64,000 bases of DNA from Zygnema circumcarinatum SAG 698-1b (Eukaryota; Plantae; Zygnematophyceae). The notes below the pieces were generated by a model that did no database searches, was not told where the DNA came from, and was given only the letters and a program-made list of their open reading frames with translations. Shown here piece after piece: positions 57,906-64,000 of the stretch (position 1 is its first letter; the number at the start of each line of letters is the position of its first letter). Both the position numbers and the translations under genes were made by a program. Where the stretch lies: positions 496,001-560,000 of the forward strand of contig CM074815.1 of the NCBI GenBank assembly GCA_037447605.1, in the 5' to 3' direction.

Positions 57906-59050
57906 TCTTCTTCGATTCCTAAAAAGAAAATATTTGCGTTCAGGTGCGGAATAAAACTTGATTTGAGGATGAGCAGAGCGACGGGGGGAGGTAAAGCAGT
58001 TTACAGCCGCAGGAACAGCTTCTTGTTCTCCTCTCTTCCCTTCGAGGCGCTCCCATCCTTCATGAAATTCATTCAAGTGCAGGCACTCAGGGGAGCAGGA
58101 TTAGGGCTTACGTCATGCTCCTCGTCGGTCAGTCGCCAAGGCTGCCCTCCTCCCCGCCGCCGCCCTCACGCCGGAACCGACAAAACGAGAGACCGTCCGG
58201 CACCTCATTGGTGCGCGTCTACTTCCTGCCACGTGTCAGCGCGCGACTGGAGGTAGCTAGTCAAGTGCGATCGTTCGCTAATGATTACATTCTTTAAAAC
58301 AACATTCGCTTTTTGGCCGCGGATCCCATGAGGTTGCCTTTCACAGTCGTGGCGCCGACGTGGCTGCGACACCAACGTGGCGCTGACGTGGCTGTTACGC
58401 CGGCGTGGCACTGACGTGGCGTCGTCGCGCACGAGGCTCCCTCAGTAGATGACGTCTCATCCACAAAACTAAACTCTATGCGCTCCCCATGCGGAAACCC
58501 TCAATCCAGAAACGACAAAGCTACCCGCCCGGGCCTTGCCCTTTCGCAAATATTCCGGTCCATTCTCATTGGGGGGTGCCCCTAGTCGAAATCGACACTT
58601 CTGATTGGTTTAGAGATTATTTTTCAATGTGCGCGTTAAGATTCTCGGTTCCCTATCCGTCCCAAAACGACACGATATGCTTTTGGACGTTTCGTATTTC
58701 ATACAGATGGAACGAACAACGGATTTTCAAAGCGCGTCGGTCACGAAGAGGTCGTCGGTTGACCGAAAGACCGTACGGCCTGTCGGCGTATTCTGTACTG
58801 TACAGTACCATTACAGTAGACCCCCCCAGTATTTTCGCCATGGTTTCGGCAAATATGGGGCGAAAATATTGGGTAGCGAAAATATAAGGGTGTCCGTGTT
58901 AACAATAGGCGGGCGGTATCAGGTTAGAGTTACTGTTTGTCCGTACGTATCGCATCGTATCATTCCGTATCGAGCGATTTCTATGGCGATTTCTGCGAGC
59001 GCCTCGTACGGCGGCACGTGCGGGATGAGTCGTTGTCTCGTTGAGCCCGT

Positions 59051-62000
59051 TGTAGCACAAGATAAGTGGGGTTAAACAAAGACTGCTGAGCTAGCTGCAG
59101 GTGCTGTACGGCCACACGCGCGTCCGTGCTGAAACTAATGAAGGGTTGGGTTGGTTCTGTGGGTCTGCCTGCAGCATAGAGCCAGGATCCGGGGGATTCA
59201 GAGGTACGCGCAGCGGANNNNNNNNNNCGGTGAGTGACTTTGAGTACATTGTACTCCTCCAACTTCATCACCCATCGTGCAAACTTAGGTCGTAGGGTAG
59301 CCATGATGTGCAGCCAAGTGAGGGGCATGTGGTCAGTCCGGATGATAACGGGCTGGTAGGCCGTGAAGAGCTTGAACTTCTCGAGTGCCCAGAGGATAGC
59401 CGCGGCCTCTCCCTCAGTAGGGCTATACTTGGTCTCGGTTTCTGACGAGCCCTGCTTGCATGGTGGGTGGGTGTTCCCCTCTAAAACATGGCTGCCCTTC
59501 CCCAAAGCTGCTGACTTCAGTAGCAGTTTCAATGATGGGGAAGGCTGAGATGGATTCTGGGCCAGGCAAGGAGCTGGAGAGAGGGCACTCTTGAGCACGT
59601 GGAAGGCGAATGCTGCGCTGGCTCCATCGTGTGGACTCCGTGTTTCTCCAAGGCATGGAAGAGACGTCAAATAAGGCATAGCCCTTAATGGAGGCCAAAT
59701 AAAATGAGGTGAGCCCCAGAAGGAGGGCTTAGACTGAGTGAGTCTCTGGAAGAGGCAGTGAGGGCAATAGCTTCAATCTTGTCGAGTGAGGGTTTCAGGC
59801 CATTGATGCCGAGGCGGTGCCCGAGATGAGTTATCTCCTGATGGCCCCATTTGCACTTCTTGGGTGCAATCTTCAGACGCGCACTGATGAGCTGTTGCAG
59901 GACTTGGTCAATGTGCTGCAGGTGGGAGGACCAGTCCTTGCTGTGGATCGAAGCATCATCGACATAAGGCTCGCAGAAGGCACGACAGGGGCCGAACACC
60001 TGGTTGGCCAAGCGCTGGTGAGTCTGGCTGGAATTCTTGAGCCCGAATGGAAGCACTGTCCACTGCACAAAGCGCGTGGCTGTGCGAAGCCCTGTCTTGC
60101 AGCGATCAACCTCTTCAGCAGGAATCCCAGGAGGACTCTTCACATGAGGCAAAGCTCACGCGATGTGTGGGGAGGCGATGGAGGGTCAAGTCCACATCCT
60201 CTCACATGGCAATGTCAGACATCCACTTCGTTTAGTGCACTGATTTTGATGGTGCCCACAGACGCGGATGTGCGTGTCAGCTTGGGGCAGAGCGGCCGGG
60301 CTGGCCCACGGCCTTTCTCCAGTTCCATCAATCCGGCAGCCACGTTCTCGTCGATCTGTCGTTCAAACGTCGGCTCCCTGGGGCGGGAGGCGGTAGGGAG
60401 TTGGGTCATGGCGGGAGGCGTCTCCGTGTCAATGTGGTGTCAATCAGGTGAGTCTTACGATATCGATGAATGTCTCACGAAAACTACAGTGCCATTTCGG
60501 CACACAGCTTTGGCGTAGTTGGGAATGCTTGATCGGTCTCGAGAGAGACTGAGCCTGATCGCGTCTCCCCCTCTCTCCAGCCACTCTAGTCCGCTGATGA
60601 TCTCAGTGAGGTGGGAAGCTGGGTGCCAGGCAGCGATGGCGACGCAGCTGCCGGTCGGCATGCGGAGCTGAACTCTGAGAAGGGAGTGGGAGTCTCGTCA
60701 GTCAAGTCTGGGTTGACCGATCATGAGGAGGAGGTGCCGTGAATATGTACATTAGTAATCTGAGTAGAGACTCTCAGACAGTGGCATAAGGTTTAGGGTG
60801 GCAAAGTAGTAAGGGACTGAGGTGATGAAGGAGGGTCTGGCAGGCAGGGTGGTCCGTTTCATAGCAAAGTCAATTTGCGCTCCATCAACAATGACCTGGG
60901 CTGAGGCCCAGCAGAGAATAGAATAGTGTTCAGCGGCTGTGATGACTGCATTCAGTCTGGCTTCCAGTCTCCTCCAAGACTGATGACCGCTTGGGCCCTT
61001 ACAATCTTCCCATGTGGCTCACTTGACTCCACATGTGGATGGCTCAACGTATATCAGTTACAGCACCTCCACGCTTTAGCACAGGCTTGGACAAGGAGCC
61101 GTCCGCATTAGCCAGGTGTCAATACATGGCTTTGGTCAGAATGACCGTTGAGGCATTACATGACGATGATGCGCCACGTTGGGCATTCAAATGAGAGGAA
61201 GATATGAAGTATGGCGGAGGATGGCGAGGGAGCGGACTGGGGCCCGACGGAGCGCCGTAGCCATGTGGTGGATGTCGAGGCGGCGAGGGGGACGTCCGAG
61301 GATGTCCGTAGGGCTGTGAAGGCCGCAGGGTGGCCTCTGCACTGTCCGGCTAGCTTTCGAACTACGGCGGCAGCACCTGGTACAAGCTGCATCAACTGTG
61401 ACAAGGTAATGCCGATCTTAGCCTTGTCTCCCATGAGTTGATGAACCATGCGTTCAATCAGGGATAGGCCGTCTGTCGGGGGGGGTGGTCGACGATCGGC
61501 TGCTTGGGGGTAGAAACGGGCTGCCCGTGGGCGGTGTGGAGGGTTGACGTGCATCTCTTCGGTCGCCGGTGGCGTCGGCTCTGGTTGCGCCGCTGGCGGC
61601 TCCTCTTCATTGAGATCTTCGATGTGCTCCTGGCAGGGATCCCGGCGAGGACCATGGGAGGGAAGTCGCTGAACTTGTTCGAGCAGGGGTAGCAGCCGAT
61701 GGAGCCGTACCCGAGGACTCGCGTCAATAGCATGGCAGGGGGGATACGGCGGTGGACTGAGTGGCTGGGCTGGCAGGGACCTCCGGAGGATCGCAATCTG
61801 GCAATCCGGGCTTGAGCCTCAGCTTCAGAAGTGATGGGGGATTCTGATAAAGCCGGTTGAAATGCCGCGGCAACCTGGGCAGTGCGTGATCGGGTAGCAG
61901 GATCGGGCTCAGCACCCAATACGTTCGACAGGGAAGGGGAGTCCATGGGGTGCAGATGGATAGGTGGTCGTTGCAGGATGGTGTAAGCGGGTGAAGGAGG

Positions 62001-62734
62001 TGGCGGCGGGCGAAAGGGAGCCGGTGTTCTTGATGGTGGGGGAGCAGCCGGGAGCATATCCATGAAAGTGATCTCGGCAGGTGAGTTCCCTGCTGCTGCC
62101 TCTTTCCCCTTCCGGGCCTTCTCACTCGAGAGTCTCCGCATGCACACACGGGCATCATGTCCCGTGATCTGACAGAAGGTGCAGGTCCATGGTCCGCAAC
62201 GCAGCCGCGGATTGTGAGTTAGGCCACAAGCCAGACATACGCCCTCCGGAACCCCTGCCTCTGTCATCCGACGGCGCAGATCGGCCCTGGCAGCTTCTCG
62301 CTCTTCGGGTGTGCGATCGGAATAAGGAGCCCGATATCCTGGACGCGAGACATCTGGTATGTGAGGATTCACCGCTGGCTCGATGGGATGCGCCGGATCA
62401 TGAGGGTATGGGGAAAGGGGAAGGGGCTTGGTTGTGCTGGCTATGGCCAGAGGCTGCACCACAGGGGCTGTCCGGCCGTCCTGAGCAGTGGCGCCGGAGA
62501 AGGAAGGCTTGTTCCGAGCAGATGTAGCGTAGGGATCGAACAGCTGTTGATTCTGTGTCTTCAGGAACTGCTGGTAGAGTCGATCTTGTCGTGGATCTGT
62601 AGCGTTCATGTAATGTGGTCTTACATGTCGGTTGCCTCTCTCTTGATCCTTCTGAATTCGCTCTGCCCTGTCTAACAATGCCTGGGCATCTGCTGGTGGG
62701 TTGTCGCGCAGCTCACGATCCAGGTGGAGATCCT
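59051..62734 (-). mobile_element. Second Ty3/gypsy copy of the same family (gag, protease, RT, RNase H, LTR 3' end), frameshifted and gapped
   Basis: Gag zinc knuckle CTFCQITGHDARVC. RT motifs VLPFGLKNS and FCEPYVDDASIHS. RNase H motifs ETKYSPTEGEAAAILWALEKF and IRTDHMPL. LTR terminus tttaaccccacttatcttgtgctaca ends at 59051 and is identical to 18951-18976. Confidence 0.88.
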
Positions 62735-62800
62735 NNNNNNNNNNNNNNNNNNNNNNNNNNNNNNNNNNNNNNNNNNNNNNNNNNNNNNNNNNNNNNNNNN

Positions 62801-62860
<60 letters not shown>

Positions 62861-62892
62861 GCCCGTCCGTCCGTCCGTCCGTCCGTCTCAAC

Positions 62893-64000
62893 ATGAAGAG
62901 AAGGAAGGGAGTCCAAGCGCGTGAGATTCAATACAAGCAATGGCTGAAATCGTCGGAGGCCCAGTGGTCCTCTCTTCGGGATACGTTAGGAGGCCATTTT
63001 TCAAAAGAAGAAATCGAACTGGTCTCAGAGCTGCGGGAATGGCGAAAGAAGGAGATGCAGCACTGCCGTCCTGAGGAGGGGGCGGCTGTCGAATTAGCGG
63101 CAGAAAAACTGGCGGATTTGCTTTTGAATAGCCAATCCTCCGTTTCGACAGGATCTCTCAGCTTGAGGAGAGCCTATCTGAAGTCTCTGCCTGTTTATTT
63201 CAACCGGTCGGGTGACAGAATGGACGAGCTTGATCTCAACGGCTGCCATTTGGGAGTCTTTCCACCATTGAAGAATTGGTCATCTTTAAGGATTCTTTAT
63301 GCACATGGCAACAATTTCAAGGTTATTCCCAGAATTGAGCTGCCGCATCTCCAGACGTTGGACCTTGCCGACAACAAGATAGAAAAAATTATGGATCAAG
63401 AGATGCTGAGTAACCTGACTACCTTCATGGCGAGCAGCAATCAGCTTCGAGAATTTCCAGCGCCCATTCTTCAGTGGAGTGCGCTAGTAGAGCTGAGGTT
63501 GGATGACAATCAGATGTCATGTTTGCCAGAGAGCATAGCCGAACTGAAGCACCTTCAGACTCTATGGCTGAACAACAACTGCTTGAGCTCTCTGCCGGCG
63601 GAAATTGGTCAACTTAGTCGACTGAAAGAATTGCGTCTCGACCACAATGAGCTGACCTCCATCCCGGCCGAAATTTCATCTCTAGGGAAACTGGAACTGC
63701 TCGATGTGCGCAAGAACCTACTGCTCACTTTGCCAAGAGAGAAAAATCTCCGGTTGAGTCTGCGGCCACCGGGGCTAAGTAGTGGCTCTATCGCCCGAAA
63801 GACCTGTGCGGTCATTGTCGATGCTAATTCGTTGCTTGATGGTCCGAAATACCCGTTGGCATTTCAAGACAAGGAAGACTTGATTTCCTTCACTTCAAAA
63901 ATACATCGTGAATTCGAAATTTTTTGGAAAGAAGCGGAACGGGAGCCTGTGAGCAGCGCTGGGGGCCGCGTTATCGACTACTACAACAAACACATTTCCA
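62893..64000 (+). CDS. LRR - (lipase) family copy 3, 5' part; runs off the window end
   Basis: Open frame from cgtctcaacATG (62893) to the edge: MKRRKGVQAREIQYKQWLKSSEAQW..., irregular LRRs as in copy 2, one 46-aa doublet, then linker to VIDYYNKHIS. The lipase domain is expected beyond the window. Confidence 0.88.
   Translation, partial: MKRRKGVQAREIQYKQWLKSSEAQWSSLRDTLGGHFSKEEIELVSELREWRKKEMQHCRPEEGAAVELAAEKLADLLLNSQSSVSTGSLSLRRAYLKSLPVYFNRSGDRMDELDLNGCHLGVFPPLKNWSSLRILYAHGNNFKVIPRIELPHLQTLDLADNKIEKIMDQEMLSNLTTFMASSNQLREFPAPILQWSALVELRLDDNQMSCLPESIAELKHLQTLWLNNNCLSSLPAEIGQLSRLKELRLDHNELTSIPAEISSLGKLELLDVRKNLLLTLPREKNLRLSLRPPGLSSGSIARKTCAVIVDANSLLDGPKYPLAFQDKEDLISFTSKIHREFEIFWKEAEREPVSSAGGRVIDYYNKHIS

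Noticed and set aside
61458-62894. 478-aa ORF starting head-to-head with LRR-lipase copy 3
   Set aside because: Its start is joined through a (GA)n tract and an N gap; only 61458-62734 is real gag sequence.

Overview
Eukaryotic genomic DNA, most likely a streptophyte (plant or charophyte alga). This is inferred from TTTAGGG-like repeats, a plant-type LRR receptor ectodomain, plant-type ACX1, and TDP1 with an N-terminal FHA domain. The window is draft-quality: it has many 10-N joins, near-identical duplications on either side of joins, and indel-riddled retroelement segments. Conserved genes: the 5' end of an LRR receptor-like gene (-, runs off the left edge), NUFIP1/Rsa1 (+, 7 exons), peroxisomal acyl-CoA oxidase (-, 18 exons, PTS1 ARL) and tyrosyl-DNA phosphodiesterase 1 (-, 12 exons). 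Scattered among them is a small family of intronless-CDS genes encoding an N-terminal helical region, SHOC2/bacterial-type LRRs and a class-3 lipase with a predicted intact catalytic triad. There are two complete copies, one copy running off the right edge and one inverted pseudogene fragment. The copies differ by whole 138-bp LRR doublets (3/2/1) and look mosaic. The two complete copies each travel with duplicated pieces of the neighbouring NUFIP1 and ACX sequence. Intergenic DNA is a stack of nested transposons: two Ty3/gypsy copies, a truncated Copia, hAT and Tc1-like MITEs, and several foldbacks with clean target-site duplications. There is also a tRNA-Cys-like sequence with a 1-nt anticodon-loop deletion. 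The LRR-lipase family is the best candidate for an undescribed system. All coordinates and translations were read by eye.
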